DNA of 64,000 nucleotides, taken from the IMG/VR virus record IMGVR_UViG_3300010370_000030, positions 17,808-81,807 of that record. One strand, 5' to 3'. This document shows positions 26,028 to 38,000 of this stretch, piece by piece. Made by a program: the position numbers and the translations under genes. Source of the stretch: a virus. The notes under the pieces were generated by a model that saw only the letters and a program-made list of their open reading frames with translations, ran no database searches and was not told the origin of the DNA. Numbering within the stretch: the first letter of the stretch is position 1; every line of letters begins with the position of its first letter.

Positions 26028-27815
26028 ATGGCCAATACCAATATTGACTTGGTTGGTTTAGATTTTACAAGTCTAAAAAACAATCTAAAAACATTCTTAA
26101 AGAATAACACGTCCTTCAAAGATCTGGATTACGAAGGATCTAATATCAATGTGCTGCTTGATGTGCTTGCCTACAACAGCTACTTGAATGCGTTTTATAC
26201 GAACATGGTAGCGAGTGAGATGTTTTTAGATAGCGCACAATTACGTGATAGCATTGTTTCACATGCAAAAGAGTTAAATTATGTCCCACGGTCCTTTGTG
26301 TCAGCGAAAGCAACCATCGATGTAACGATTACCCCTTCAGGCAGTACATCATCGGTATTCATTCCTAGAAACACATCGTTTACGTCTCGAGTTGGCTCAA
26401 ATACATTTACTTTTGTCACGAACGACTCATATGTTACAGCAGCCAATGGTGCTAGCTTTGTACAGAGGTTGGATTTATATGAAGGGTCTATCAAGACCGA
26501 GTCGTTTGTCATTAACTATTCAAATACATCGCAACGATTTGTACTCTCTAATCCTACAATAGACACGGCTTCCTTAGAGGTTGTGGTATATGAGGATAAT
26601 GGACAGACAGCATTAGTGTATACGCGTGCAGCGACTCTCTTTAATCTAAGCGAAACGTCAAGAGTGTTCTTTATACAAGCTGCGCAAAATCAACAGTATG
26701 AAATTATTTTTGGTGATGGAGTGTTTGGTCGTAAACCAAAGGATGGTTCAACATTTGTTGCCAAATACAGGGCCTGTTCGGGCGAGTTACCAAACGGGGC
26801 ACGCGTATTTGATGTAGATGGTCCAATCGATGGGCATAGTAATGTAGTAGTTACAACGGTTGATGAGGCCTCAGGAGGAGCAGTTGCTGAATCTATTGAA
26901 TCGATAAGATTCAATGCGCCGCGCTCATTCCAAGCTCAGAATAGAGCCGTTACTGCAACTGATTATGAGACGTTACTCAAATCTCAATTTTCTGACATAC
27001 AATCAATAAGTGTGTATGGTGGTGAAGACAGTGACCCACCTCAGTATGGAAAAGTATTTGTATCAGTCGACGTTGCACAGGCGGATGGTGCGCCCGAGTT
27101 GCGTAAAAAAGCATACTTTGATTTCATTAAAGATAAAACACCACTTAGTATGCAGGTGAATTTTATTGATCCGTTGTTTCTTTATGCTTCGGTTGAAACA
27201 ACTGTTCAGTTTGATGTTAACATGACAACAAAGACAACAAACGACATTGAAACGCTGGTGAAAGCAGCGATTAGCAATTATAACATTACAAAGCTGTCTA
27301 GTTTTAAGAAAATTTTATACTACTCACAATTGGTCAATGCTATTGACAAAGCTGATCCAAGTATAGTTTCAAATGATACTGTTGTTAAAATGATAGCACA
27401 TGTTACACCATCAACGAACGTACCATACCCATTTAGTGTATCGATTAACAATCAAGTTGTTGCTGAAGAGGGAAAAAAGCTAGAGGTAGATGAAACTCAT
27501 TATGGACATGGACTAACAAGTTCCTTTTTTACATATCAAGGTAGTAGATGTTCTCTTGTCGATGATTCGCTCGGAAATGTTCATATAGCTTTGCAAGAGG
27601 GCGAAACGATTCGCATCATTAAAAAAGTAGGAACAATTGATTACACCAAAGGCCGAGTCGTTGTTGAGGAGACGTTTGAAGTCAGTGCCTATGAAGGGAA
27701 TTTTCTTGAGTTAATCTTTAAAACCGTTTCAAAAAATCTCGAAACAAAAAATAATGCCATTCTCAGTATTGACAATCTGGACGTTAACGTAACAGCTGTT
27801 GGTGTCAAGCAATGA
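26028..27815 (+). CDS. gp6: Baseplate wedge gp6
   Basis: LDF..LK.NL, DYEGSN...LLDVLAYN, EMFLDSA, QNRAVTATDY, PPQYGKVF. Confidence 0.96.
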   Translation: MANTNIDLVGLDFTSLKNNLKTFLKNNTSFKDLDYEGSNINVLLDVLAYNSYLNAFYTNMVASEMFLDSAQLRDSIVSHAKELNYVPRSFVSAKATIDVTITPSGSTSSVFIPRNTSFTSRVGSNTFTFVTNDSYVTAANGASFVQRLDLYEGSIKTESFVINYSNTSQRFVLSNPTIDTASLEVVVYEDNGQTALVYTRAATLFNLSETSRVFFIQAAQNQQYEIIFGDGVFGRKPKDGSTFVAKYRACSGELPNGARVFDVDGPIDGHSNVVVTTVDEASGGAVAESIESIRFNAPRSFQAQNRAVTATDYETLLKSQFSDIQSISVYGGEDSDPPQYGKVFVSVDVAQADGAPELRKKAYFDFIKDKTPLSMQVNFIDPLFLYASVETTVQFDVNMTTKTTNDIETLVKAAISNYNITKLSSFKKILYYSQLVNAIDKADPSIVSNDTVVKMIAHVTPSTNVPYPFSVSINNQVVAEEGKKLEVDETHYGHGLTSSFFTYQGSRCSLVDDSLGNVHIALQEGETIRIIKKVGTIDYTKGRVVVEETFEVSAYEGNFLELIFKTVSKNLETKNNAILSIDNLDVNVTAVGVKQ

Positions 27816-30800
27816 GACAGATTGAAGAGTTAATATTCCCGCTTGTTAAAGCTCAATTCCCCGATTTCTATCAGGACGAAGGTCCTCGCTTTGTTTCTTT
27901 TGTTAAAGAATATTACAGGTGGATGGAGACTGAGGGGGAAGCATTAAACGCTTCGCGTAACTTACTTGATTACCGAAATATCGATAGCACGTCAAGTGAT
28001 TTTATAAAATATTTCAAGAACAAATACCTGTCTGGTGTGCCTCTTTCAACAGAAGCAAACACACAACTTGTTATTAAACACGCTCTTGATATCTATAAAT
28101 CCAAGGGAACAGAACGTGGTGTGCAGCTATTGATTCAAGGGCTTTTTAATGAAGAATCAAGAGTTGTTTTTCCCGGTCAGGATATTTTCAAAACATCTGA
28201 CGGCGTATGGATTAAGCCAACGTATCTTGAATTGACGGTTAAAGAAAGAACACAAAGTTTTGTTGGTCAAGAAATCGTAGGTTCGCGGAGTGGTGCTAAG
28301 GCATTTTTAGAAAGTCTCGTAACCAAACGACTTTCGGGCAAGTATCAACAAGTTGCTTATCTGAGTAGTGTCAGGGGTAATTTTGAAACCGGCGAGCTCA
28401 TAACGACGTCGTCAAACACATCTTTTGAAAACGCGCCGACTGTAATAGGGTCAATGACTTCGCTTACAGTGGCCGATGGCGGTGCTAATTTTGCCGTTGG
28501 GGATATTTTTGAAGTAACATCCACAAACGGTAAGCAAGGCAAAGCACGTGTAACCGAGGTTTCAAATGAAACCGGACGTGTCACTTTCATATATGTCGAT
28601 GCATTTACAAGTGGTGGTTGGGGATATAGCATTGACCATGCAAACGTTATCGTATCGGATAAAGTCCTAACTCTCACAAACATTGTTAACGCCAATGGGT
28701 TAATTACTGACTTCAGTCAATTTGAAACTGTTACACAACCTCTAGCTAATATTGGATATAGTACCGCAAGAGGGAACAATTATTATTTTAATGTCGGTAA
28801 CATTATAGAGAACTATAATTCTAATGGTGATGTTGTTGCTAACGCTGTTATAGCGGTTACGAGCAAAACAACAAACACTGTTGGATGGATTATAGTGGTA
28901 CCTAATGTTGGTAACATAGCATCCCAAGACACAACCTTTGCTGTACGTTCACAAGATCCTGATGAATCATCATTCAATCCGTCGTCGATCGGATTTGCTG
29001 AAAATACGTACACGTCTGTTTACAGCAAGACATACTCGAATTTGTTTACAGGTAACTTTTCTCGGTTATTCACTGCCACATATACGTCAGGATATGTGGG
29101 TGTATATGGTAGCACATACAGTTCTGTTTACACACAAGAATATTCCAGTACGTACAGTAGAGTATTTACTTCAGATTCTTATTCAGGTAATTTCGTTGGT
29201 GCTTTCACTAGCGGCGTCTACACGGGTACATATAGTCGAGTATTTACAACAGCTGGAGAAACAGGCTTTACTGGATCGTATTTACAGTACTTCATTGTCA
29301 CCTCACCCTACACAGGCTCTGCATATACATCGGCATTTACGGGTACATATACATCAGCAGGGTTCACAGGAGTATATAACCGTGTTTATACAGGCGACTA
29401 TAATACAGTATTTTCAAGCGCCTATACGGGTACGTTAGTACCAGGGGTTTATACAGGATCGTATGCTGGCTCCTATCTTGGAACATATGAAGGATCTTTC
29501 TCTGGCTCACGACCAAATCCGTTTGCTGGTGGAACATATGGTGGTTCGTATGTGGGACAATTTACTCGTGTATTTGTTGGATCGTATCAGGGCGTATATC
29601 AATCGTCTTATCAAAATCCATACAGCGGTGCAACATTCGCAATAGGAGTTAACTCCTATAATGTACCCAGTTATATTGGTAATTTTACAAAAGCATACAC
29701 AGGTGGATATATTGCATACCCTGTTTATACGGGTCTGAAAGCACTACCATATGGAGGTGTACCAGGAGTTACACAAAGTTATATAGGTGCTGGTTACACA
29801 GGATCTTATCTAGAATCATTCACGGCTAATTACAGTGGTGCATATGGTGGTGATTCATTTTCAAGAATTTTTACAGGATCATATCAGCTCGGTTCATTCA
29901 CAGGAAACTTCACATCTCAGTTTACTGGTAATTTTACTGGTTTGTACGGAGCAGCATACACGGGCACCTACAGTGATGTGTTCACAAACGAGTATGTGGG
30001 CAGTTTTTCACAAACATTCCAGGGCAACTTTACAACAATCTATACAAAAAATTACACAGGATTGTATAATGTCTTTTCCGGTGCCTACACGAGCACGTAC
30101 TCACAAGCATTTACTGCATTTACAGGGCAATATACAGGATTTACAGGGAATTACAGCTTAGCTTTCAGTGGTAACTATAATGCTTTCTCTGGGCAATACC
30201 TTACTTTTTCATTGTCGTTTGGTGGATACAGTTCAGCTTTTAGCGGCGTATATAACAATTCATTCACCAGCGGGTATGGTGGGTATACTGGCATCTTTAC
30301 AAGAACTTACACCAGCACCCAAGGAACAGCAAACGGTGTTATAGCTCAGTATTTTAGCAAAGCATATACAGGGTTATATGCGGGATCGGATTATACAAGC
30401 GCCTTTAATGGTTACACGAGAACATTTACAGTAACGCTTGATGGTGCGTTTACGAGTTCATATAGTGGCCAATTTACAGGCGCTTACGTAGGATACACAG
30501 GAACGTATCTAGCTCGAACATACACGGGCGTTTATGGTGCTTACAGTGGTGTATATCAAGATTCGCTGTTTACAGGTAATTATGGTTTCTTCACAGGTGC
30601 TTTTGGATCAGCCTACACAGGTCTCTTTGTAGGAGGTGGTAGTGCTCGAATAAACACATTAACAGCACATGAATTTAGTAACAACGATCTAGTACGCTAT
30701 CATGTTATGCCCGGTAACACATACATTCCTGAGTTGTCGATAGGAGCAGCATATTATGTTGTGAATGCGGTATCGGGATCAACGAGTTTGTGTTTATCTC

Positions 30801-33256
30801 ATACGCCTAGTGGCACACCTATAGCCCTTACGATTGGATCAAATGAAACAGGTCACAAACTAATTCGTACGTTAGGCACAGCTGTAATCACCTCATATGG
30901 GGATCGAACAGCTACAGGTAATGTCAGTGGATCGAATACAACATCACTTATATACTCTTTCAACGCGCAGACATCCGTATCAAGCGCTGGCGACACAATA
31001 ACAATACCGAGCCATCAGCTTGAAAATAATTACGTCATTTCTTACAGCGTTAATGCAGGTAACACACAGCTTGATGGACTGATTAATAACACAAAGTACT
31101 ACGTTGTTAACACAACAGCATCCACTATCCAACTATCTGCTACCAGAGGTGGATCGCCTCTAGGTATATCAGCGAGTAATAGAAGCGAAAATGGGCATTT
31201 CATAACACACACGACTGGATATGTTGGTGTTGTAGATATATCTGTGAATGGATTCGTTGCATCGGCCCAAACCTACATTCGCGGGTCGACGAGTAACACA
31301 ACAGCCTCAGTAGCGAACGTTAGTACAGGATCAGGAGCTGGTTTTAGTATCGGCCTTTTGACGGATACAGAGAATGTTCTACTATCACCTGACTTTATTA
31401 ATGGGAAAAATACAGGTAATGTGAAGTTTAGCGAAATAAAACTTAACGGTATTGGTTCCAATGTTACCGCTGGTGGATATGGAACGGCAGCTACATTTAA
31501 TGGTAATACTGATATTACAGAAGGAGCAAATGGTACTGGTGTCCTGCTGCCATCACGTATTGAGTTTAATGCTTTGTCAGGTGTTAACAACACAACAAAT
31601 ATTATTACCATCAGCTCACCAGCTAAGCACATCTTTAGTAACAACGAGCAGGTAAAATATCTTGTTACACCAGGTAACACAGCTGTTACAGGTTTAGCAA
31701 ACAACACCAACTATTATGTTGTTAATGCAGTCGCAGGATCGACAACATTACAGCTATCGCTTACTTCTGGTGGTTCACCAATTGATATAACAGCTACCGC
31801 CAATGAGGTTGGGCACTCGCTTACACGACAAGCCACGACCGGATCAAACAACAGTATAGCCTTAAGCACAGCAGTTAATTATTTACCAAATAGTGCTGTG
31901 CATTATAGTCTAAGTGCTGCGAACACGTCTATTAATGGTCTTACACCCAACACCGTGTATTATGTTGATCAGTCAAACGCTACGCATATAACGTTAAAAG
32001 ATTCACCGACAGGTCTACGTATCAATATCCTTAAAGGACCAACCGAATCGGGGCATACGTTATTTGGTCCTCTGAGAATAATCACTGGTGCAAATTCAAC
32101 ATATGATAACGTTGGTTCAGGCGAAGAAATATTCCGTGGTCTTGGTTTTATTAAATTCCCTGGAACGAATCTCGATACAATTCTCCTTGACGCTCTTCGT
32201 TTTGACAGTACCACTATAGGATCTATAGCTTCACTAGTTTCTATTAACCCAGGATCTGATTACAATGTTGATCCGTTTGTAACCGTTGTTGATACGTATG
32301 TTGTTGGATATGACAACCGTGATTATGTCATGCAAATTAACACTACAGTTGGTGCATTTGTTGTTGGTGAGCAGATACAACAATCATATAGCAATGTAGC
32401 AACACAACTAACCGTTACAGGATTCACAGGTACGGCTGCGAACGGTGTTGGAACTTCGACATTTATCATAAATGAGTTTGTTTATCAAAGCAATTCAACA
32501 GCAAACGTAGCAGCATCTGGATATGTAGTTGAAGCTGCGATAAGTGCTGGCGCTGGAACATTAAAAGTTAAAAATGTAACCGGTACGTTTGTTAATAATG
32601 CGCCGTCTTACCCTCTAAAAGGATTATCGTCAGGATCAACATCTAATGTTACACTAGTAACGGCAACAACACTTGCCACTACTGCTAGAGCACTTGTTAA
32701 ATCAGCGAACTCATCAGTACTTAAATTAAAGCGTATCAATTTAGAAAACACCTTCCTCGATGGTAATCCAATTATAGGTCGTTCGTCTGGTGCAACAGCA
32801 AATGTTGTTGGTGTTGTTGAGGATGCAAACGCTGTACCAGTTGGTTTAAATGCATCAATAGAAGCCAATGTTCAAACAGCTAACAATGTTGTGAAAAAAC
32901 TTGCTGTTGCTGATTCGGGTTTTGGATATCTTGATCGTGAACCAGTTACTTTGACGATGTCCAACTCCGCGTTCAGCGTGACTGCTGTTGTTGAGCTTGG
33001 TAAACAAGGCGTTGGCCAAGGATATTATGGTTCGACGAGAGGATTTTTAAGTAATGATAAGAAACTGCAGGATAGCGAATTTTATCAAGAGTACAGTTAT
33101 GAAGTACAAACAAAGGTACCGTTTGATAGATATTTCGATGTCTTGAAAAGAGTTACACACGTAGCTGGGACAAGAGCATTTGGTAGAGTTATTTCTCTTT
33201 CGCTGGCAAACTTAGAAATGACTGCTATAAATACTATCGAAACCTCGAACACGTAA
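27812..33256 (+). CDS. gp7: Baseplate wedge gp7-like protein with large insertions
   Basis: QFP.F, F...YY.WME, YKSKGT, C-terminal LQDS.FYQEYSYEV; sits between gp6 and gp8. Confidence 0.85.
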   Translation: MRQIEELIFPLVKAQFPDFYQDEGPRFVSFVKEYYRWMETEGEALNASRNLLDYRNIDSTSSDFIKYFKNKYLSGVPLSTEANTQLVIKHALDIYKSKGTERGVQLLIQGLFNEESRVVFPGQDIFKTSDGVWIKPTYLELTVKERTQSFVGQEIVGSRSGAKAFLESLVTKRLSGKYQQVAYLSSVRGNFETGELITTSSNTSFENAPTVIGSMTSLTVADGGANFAVGDIFEVTSTNGKQGKARVTEVSNETGRVTFIYVDAFTSGGWGYSIDHANVIVSDKVLTLTNIVNANGLITDFSQFETVTQPLANIGYSTARGNNYYFNVGNIIENYNSNGDVVANAVIAVTSKTTNTVGWIIVVPNVGNIASQDTTFAVRSQDPDESSFNPSSIGFAENTYTSVYSKTYSNLFTGNFSRLFTATYTSGYVGVYGSTYSSVYTQEYSSTYSRVFTSDSYSGNFVGAFTSGVYTGTYSRVFTTAGETGFTGSYLQYFIVTSPYTGSAYTSAFTGTYTSAGFTGVYNRVYTGDYNTVFSSAYTGTLVPGVYTGSYAGSYLGTYEGSFSGSRPNPFAGGTYGGSYVGQFTRVFVGSYQGVYQSSYQNPYSGATFAIGVNSYNVPSYIGNFTKAYTGGYIAYPVYTGLKALPYGGVPGVTQSYIGAGYTGSYLESFTANYSGAYGGDSFSRIFTGSYQLGSFTGNFTSQFTGNFTGLYGAAYTGTYSDVFTNEYVGSFSQTFQGNFTTIYTKNYTGLYNVFSGAYTSTYSQAFTAFTGQYTGFTGNYSLAFSGNYNAFSGQYLTFSLSFGGYSSAFSGVYNNSFTSGYGGYTGIFTRTYTSTQGTANGVIAQYFSKAYTGLYAGSDYTSAFNGYTRTFTVTLDGAFTSSYSGQFTGAYVGYTGTYLARTYTGVYGAYSGVYQDSLFTGNYGFFTGAFGSAYTGLFVGGGSARINTLTAHEFSNNDLVRYHVMPGNTYIPELSIGAAYYVVNAVSGSTSLCLSHTPSGTPIALTIGSNETGHKLIRTLGTAVITSYGDRTATGNVSGSNTTSLIYSFNAQTSVSSAGDTITIPSHQLENNYVISYSVNAGNTQLDGLINNTKYYVVNTTASTIQLSATRGGSPLGISASNRSENGHFITHTTGYVGVVDISVNGFVASAQTYIRGSTSNTTASVANVSTGSGAGFSIGLLTDTENVLLSPDFINGKNTGNVKFSEIKLNGIGSNVTAGGYGTAATFNGNTDITEGANGTGVLLPSRIEFNALSGVNNTTNIITISSPAKHIFSNNEQVKYLVTPGNTAVTGLANNTNYYVVNAVAGSTTLQLSLTSGGSPIDITATANEVGHSLTRQATTGSNNSIALSTAVNYLPNSAVHYSLSAANTSINGLTPNTVYYVDQSNATHITLKDSPTGLRINILKGPTESGHTLFGPLRIITGANSTYDNVGSGEEIFRGLGFIKFPGTNLDTILLDALRFDSTTIGSIASLVSINPGSDYNVDPFVTVVDTYVVGYDNRDYVMQINTTVGAFVVGEQIQQSYSNVATQLTVTGFTGTAANGVGTSTFIINEFVYQSNSTANVAASGYVVEAAISAGAGTLKVKNVTGTFVNNAPSYPLKGLSSGSTSNVTLVTATTLATTARALVKSANSSVLKLKRINLENTFLDGNPIIGRSSGATANVVGVVEDANAVPVGLNASIEANVQTANNVVKKLAVADSGFGYLDREPVTLTMSNSAFSVTAVVELGKQGVGQGYYGSTRGFLSNDKKLQDSEFYQEYSYEVQTKVPFDRYFDVLKRVTHVAGTRAFGRVISLSLANLEMTAINTIETSNT
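29005..30630 (+). repeat. [YF]-[TS]-G-x tetrapeptide repeat tract inside gp7 (about 540 aa)
   Basis: Aromatic residue roughly every 4th position, e.g. YTGTYSRVFT, FTGNFTSQFTGNFTGLY. Confidence 0.9.
33226..33233 (+). promoter_or_regulatory. T4-type late promoter TATAAATA
   Basis: Exact motif about 30 nt before the gp8 start. Confidence 0.7.
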
Positions 33257-33264
33257 CAATAAAG

Positions 33265-35028
33265 ATGACAACACAACTTATCACCAATTATTTTCGTCTC
33301 CATAATGTTAATCAATTTAAAGAGTCGATAAACGAAACAGCAAACAGCGTATACTATGTGTTTGCGGCTCGACATACACCATACGCAAGTGGAGATGGTA
33401 CTGTTGCTAGCATTACCAATAGCGTCGAAGAAACGATGACCAATCCTTATGAAGAAATGGTCTTTGGCAAAAGAGTCTCTGCAAATGATGTCGCTGTAAT
33501 GATACCTAGGTATGTGTGGACATCCAATACACAGTATTCTGCATACCGAAGTAATGAAGATCTCAACGATAAACAGTTCTTTGTATATGTCGATGAAGGG
33601 TCCTCATATAGTGTGTTCAAATGTTTGGACAACAACGGTAATGCCTACTCGACATATGCGCCTTCTATTAGTGAAACTTCGCCCGATGATGAGTACTATG
33701 CAACGAACGATGGGTATCAGTGGAAGTTCATGTATTCAATTACTCCTACACAGTTTGACAAATTTGCAACTTCAGATTTGATACCTGTATTTGCAAACAC
33801 CCAAGTTGTAGGCAATGCAGTCTCTGGTGCTATTGAAGTTATAGGTGTTACTTTCAAAGGATCCAATTACAACACAACGTTGAGTGGTATATTTGAGTCG
33901 GACGATGTTCGTATTGGTGGTGACTCCACGCTTTATTACATAGCTAACAGTGCATCATCAGCAAATAATTTTTATACAGGCAGTTATATTTACTTAACTG
34001 CTGGTACAGGAGCTGGACAAGGTCGACGCATAGTCGATTACTCCGTCATTGGTGGTTCAAAAACCATTACATTAAGTGAACCGTTTACAGTTAACCCTGT
34101 CGGTGGTACTGAGTATGAAATTACTCCAGCTGTTGTTATAGAAGGGGATGGAAATGACGCTGAAGCTCGAGCTATTGTTAACACAACTTCTTCCAATTCA
34201 ATATCACGAGTAGAAATTATCAACCGGGGTAGTGGTTATACATGGGCTTCAGCAACTGTCACAGGTAATACAGGGGGCATATCGAATAATGCAACTCTCC
34301 GTGTTGATAGGGGACCTAAAGGTGGTCATGGTTCAAATCCTGAATACGAACTTATAGGTACGGCTTTAGGAGTAAGTGTTACGTTTGCCAACAATGAAGT
34401 CGGTACAATACCGACAGAAAATGATTATAGAACTTTTGGTTTAATAAAAGATCCATTATATGCAAACGTTGTCTGTACGCTTACGTCACCAAATGGTTCT
34501 TTCACGGTCGGTGAGCTCGTAACACAAAATGTTTCGAATGCGTCTGGCTATGTTACAGAGTGGGATACTATTAGTACTTTGTCCTTGACGAATGTTAGCG
34601 GGGTTTTCGTTACTTCGCAAGTTGTAACTGGTGCTACTTCGGATGCTGAAGGCACAGTAAGTACGTATCAAATAAACGGACAAGCAAAGAATTTCAATAC
34701 ATTCGATCAGCGTTATCGTTATACCTTTCTACCAATCAGCGGTACCTTTCAACAAGATGAAGTTGTATATCAAACAGATCTACAACTTGCAAATGCCATT
34801 TTCCACAGCAACACGTCAACAAATCTATATGTAACACACGTCAAAGGTGTGCTAAATACAGGTAACACTTTGATAGGGATCAATTCAACAGCAACGGCAA
34901 ACTTACTATTTGCTTATGCGCCTGATCTAGTTAAACATTCTGGTGAAGTAGTGTATGTAGAAAATGAGACACCAATCACGCGATCCAATTCTCAATCAGA
35001 AACCATCAAGCTAATTTTGCAGTTTTGA
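33265..35028 (+). CDS. gp8: Baseplate wedge gp8
   Basis: M.FGKRV, IPR..W, VFKCLDN, DGYQWKFMY, PKGGHG, YR.FGLIKDP, SGEVVYVEN..PITR..Q.E.IKLILQF. Confidence 0.92.
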   Translation: MTTQLITNYFRLHNVNQFKESINETANSVYYVFAARHTPYASGDGTVASITNSVEETMTNPYEEMVFGKRVSANDVAVMIPRYVWTSNTQYSAYRSNEDLNDKQFFVYVDEGSSYSVFKCLDNNGNAYSTYAPSISETSPDDEYYATNDGYQWKFMYSITPTQFDKFATSDLIPVFANTQVVGNAVSGAIEVIGVTFKGSNYNTTLSGIFESDDVRIGGDSTLYYIANSASSANNFYTGSYIYLTAGTGAGQGRRIVDYSVIGGSKTITLSEPFTVNPVGGTEYEITPAVVIEGDGNDAEARAIVNTTSSNSISRVEIINRGSGYTWASATVTGNTGGISNNATLRVDRGPKGGHGSNPEYELIGTALGVSVTFANNEVGTIPTENDYRTFGLIKDPLYANVVCTLTSPNGSFTVGELVTQNVSNASGYVTEWDTISTLSLTNVSGVFVTSQVVTGATSDAEGTVSTYQINGQAKNFNTFDQRYRYTFLPISGTFQQDEVVYQTDLQLANAIFHSNTSTNLYVTHVKGVLNTGNTLIGINSTATANLLFAYAPDLVKHSGEVVYVENETPITRSNSQSETIKLILQF

Positions 35029-35038
35029 GAGATAACAC

Positions 35039-38000
35039 ATGCCATTAGAAAAATCCCTTAATGTAAGTCCTTATTACGATGATTTTAATGAAGAGAAGGA
35101 CTTTTACAGAATATTATTCAAGCCTGGTGTTGCTGTTCAGACTCGAGAACTGAATCAACTTCAAGCGCTTTTACAAAATCAAGTTGAACGTTTTGGTAGT
35201 CACGTATTTAAATCTGGCACGATATTAAGTGGCGTAAATTTTAATTATCTAACAGCATACCCTTATGCAAAGATACTAGATGTGCAAACGGATGGTCAGC
35301 CTTCATTACCAGCAGGATATGTTAACTATTTTGTTAAGTCAAGTTTAAATCTAACAGCACGTGTTGTTGATTACAAAGATGGTCTAGAAGCAAGCAATCC
35401 TGATCTTAAAACAATCTATCTTAGATACACGAATAGTTCAGATCCAGATCCCGCCGCTTCAAGTATCATATACTCAGCATTTCAACCTAATGAACAGCTA
35501 ACTGTTTTTGGTGAGGATTATCCATTATTCAAAATTAATGTTATTAGTGGTGGTGTTGGTTTTTCTAACTCGGATACAATTGTAGTTCAAAGTGCTCTAC
35601 AACTAGCTAACGTGACGGGAACGTTCACAAATGGTGAAGTCATTACACAATCGACGACGCTTGCTAAAGGTGTTATTAAGGCAATAAACACAACAGCCAT
35701 AGCATGCACGACTATTCTTAGTATCGCACCTCTCACGGCTGATTTAACCAATACTAGCGTTAATTCGGCGGCATGGACCTTCACAGCACCATATACCGTG
35801 GTCGGAAACACTTCAGGTGCAACTGCTAATGTATCTGGCTTAATAGGTTCGGGTGCTACAGCTCTAATGACCACGGATACAAGTGGTATCATTCAATCTA
35901 TATCACTAAGTAACGTAGGTGAAGATTATACCTACTTACCTTGGGTGACAGTAAAGACTTCTAATACCACTGCTACCGTTGCAAGTTTGGATCTTGTCGC
36001 GCAAAATTACAAGGCCAAAATTACTGTAGCAAACACTACTGTAAACGCTGTTGGCACAGGATATGCATTTGGTGTATCAGAAGGTATTATCTACCAAAAA
36101 GGACACTTTCTTCGAGTTGAAAAACAGTCTATTATTATAGACAAGTACACAACAACACCAAACAACATTGTTGTTGGTTTTAAGACTACTGAAGAATATG
36201 TTGATAGTAATGAGGACGAAACACTTCTCGATAACGCATCGGGAGCGCCTAACTATACGGCACCGGGGGCAGATAGACTGCTGTTGACACCGGTTCTGAC
36301 AACCTTGACGTCGGAACAAGCTGCAGCAAATATTGACTTTTTTGCTTTAGCAGAGTGGAAATCGGGTCTACCATTTAAAGAGAACCGTACAACAGTATAC
36401 ACAACAATAGGCGATGAACTAGCTCGTAGGACGTATGAAACGCATGGTAATTACATCATAGATCGTTTCAACGTCACAACAAAAGAAAAGGCAACAACAA
36501 ACACGACACATTTTGATGTTGTTGTTGATCCAGGTACAGCCTATATTGAAGGGTACAGAATAGCGACGAAATACAACAACTATATCAATGTTGCTCGCTC
36601 TTCAACAACAACGGACTTATCATCTCAATCTATAACAGTTAATTATGGCAATTACACAATTGTAAAAGAGCTTGTTGGGGTTTTTAACTTTAAGGCTGGA
36701 GCATCTGTTTCATTATACGATACAGCAAAACAGCTAATAACCAATAGCACGAATACCACGTTGACTGTTACAAATGGAACAATTACGCCAGCTGGTAATT
36801 CTATAGGAACAGCAAGACTTCGTTCCTTGGTTCTTGATACAGGCGATCCTGGAACAGCCGAAGCAACGTATAGGATGTATCTCTTTGATATTGACATGGA
36901 CTCGGGATATTCATTCCGTGACGTCAAGAGCATTTATTCTAACGATGGACAAGACGGTATTGCAGATGTAGTACGAGTTCAGGATGCTACAATCAATGCG
37001 AACGTTGCACAGCTGTATGATGTTTCACGAAATCAATTAGTGTTTCCAATTGAAGCCGGGGCTGTTGAGTCATTAGAAAACATTTCGTACATTTATAGAA
37101 CTGTTTCAGACAACGATCGGCTAGTAACAACATCAGGCACAGTACAAATAGGACCACTGAACGCGGGATTCACATTTCCATACAGCGGAACGCTATCAGC
37201 AACACAAGAAAAAGATTTTGTTGTGATACCAACAGAGCCTTTTCAAGCCGCTGCGAATATTACAGGCACAAGCATAAGTGTGTATGCAAACGGGTTGATC
37301 GAAGGAACAGGTACTACATTCATAGCCGATCTTGCACCAGGTGATTTTATCAAGTGTGCCAATTCAACAGCTGCTGCTTATTTTCAGATTAAATCAATTG
37401 CAAACAACACTCAAGCGCAGCTAACAACAGCAGCAACAGCAATGACTGCTGGTAATACATACCTATATTTCCCTGCGCTATATCCTATATCACTATCACG
37501 TACATCACGAAGTATTAGTATCAATGGTGGCGCCAACACTGCGACGATTAGTCTAGGCGTTTCAGCAAACGTTGAAGCAAATGCGATCGTCGTCTATAAC
37601 GTAAAGAGAACAAACGTTTCACCGGTGTCAAAAACGATTAATCGTGACGTGCTTGTTAAAATTCATACAGCAAATAATGATGGTAGTAATACAGGACCGT
37701 GGTCATTAGGATTACCAGGTGTTGTTCGTCTAAAAAATGTATACCTTGGTAACTCAACCAATGTAGGAACAACAACTAATACGACAGTATCTGATGTTAC
37801 AAAATATTTTGTTATAGATCCTGTTGAAGATGAGAACGCTTATAGATTGTCTCAGCTTAAATTAAAAAACGTACCCTCTACGCTAGCTGTCAACACAAAT
37901 CAGTTCATACTTGCGAAAGTTGATGTATTGACGCAGGCGTCTCGAGGTCTTGTTGCTATCGGTTCTTACGATATAGATGATACAGCTAACCTTGCTAGTT

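Noticed and set aside
27812-33256. Intein or intron explaining the size of gp7
   Set aside because: No intein terminal motifs or homing endonuclease recognised; the frame is continuous and the inserts are repeats and small modules.
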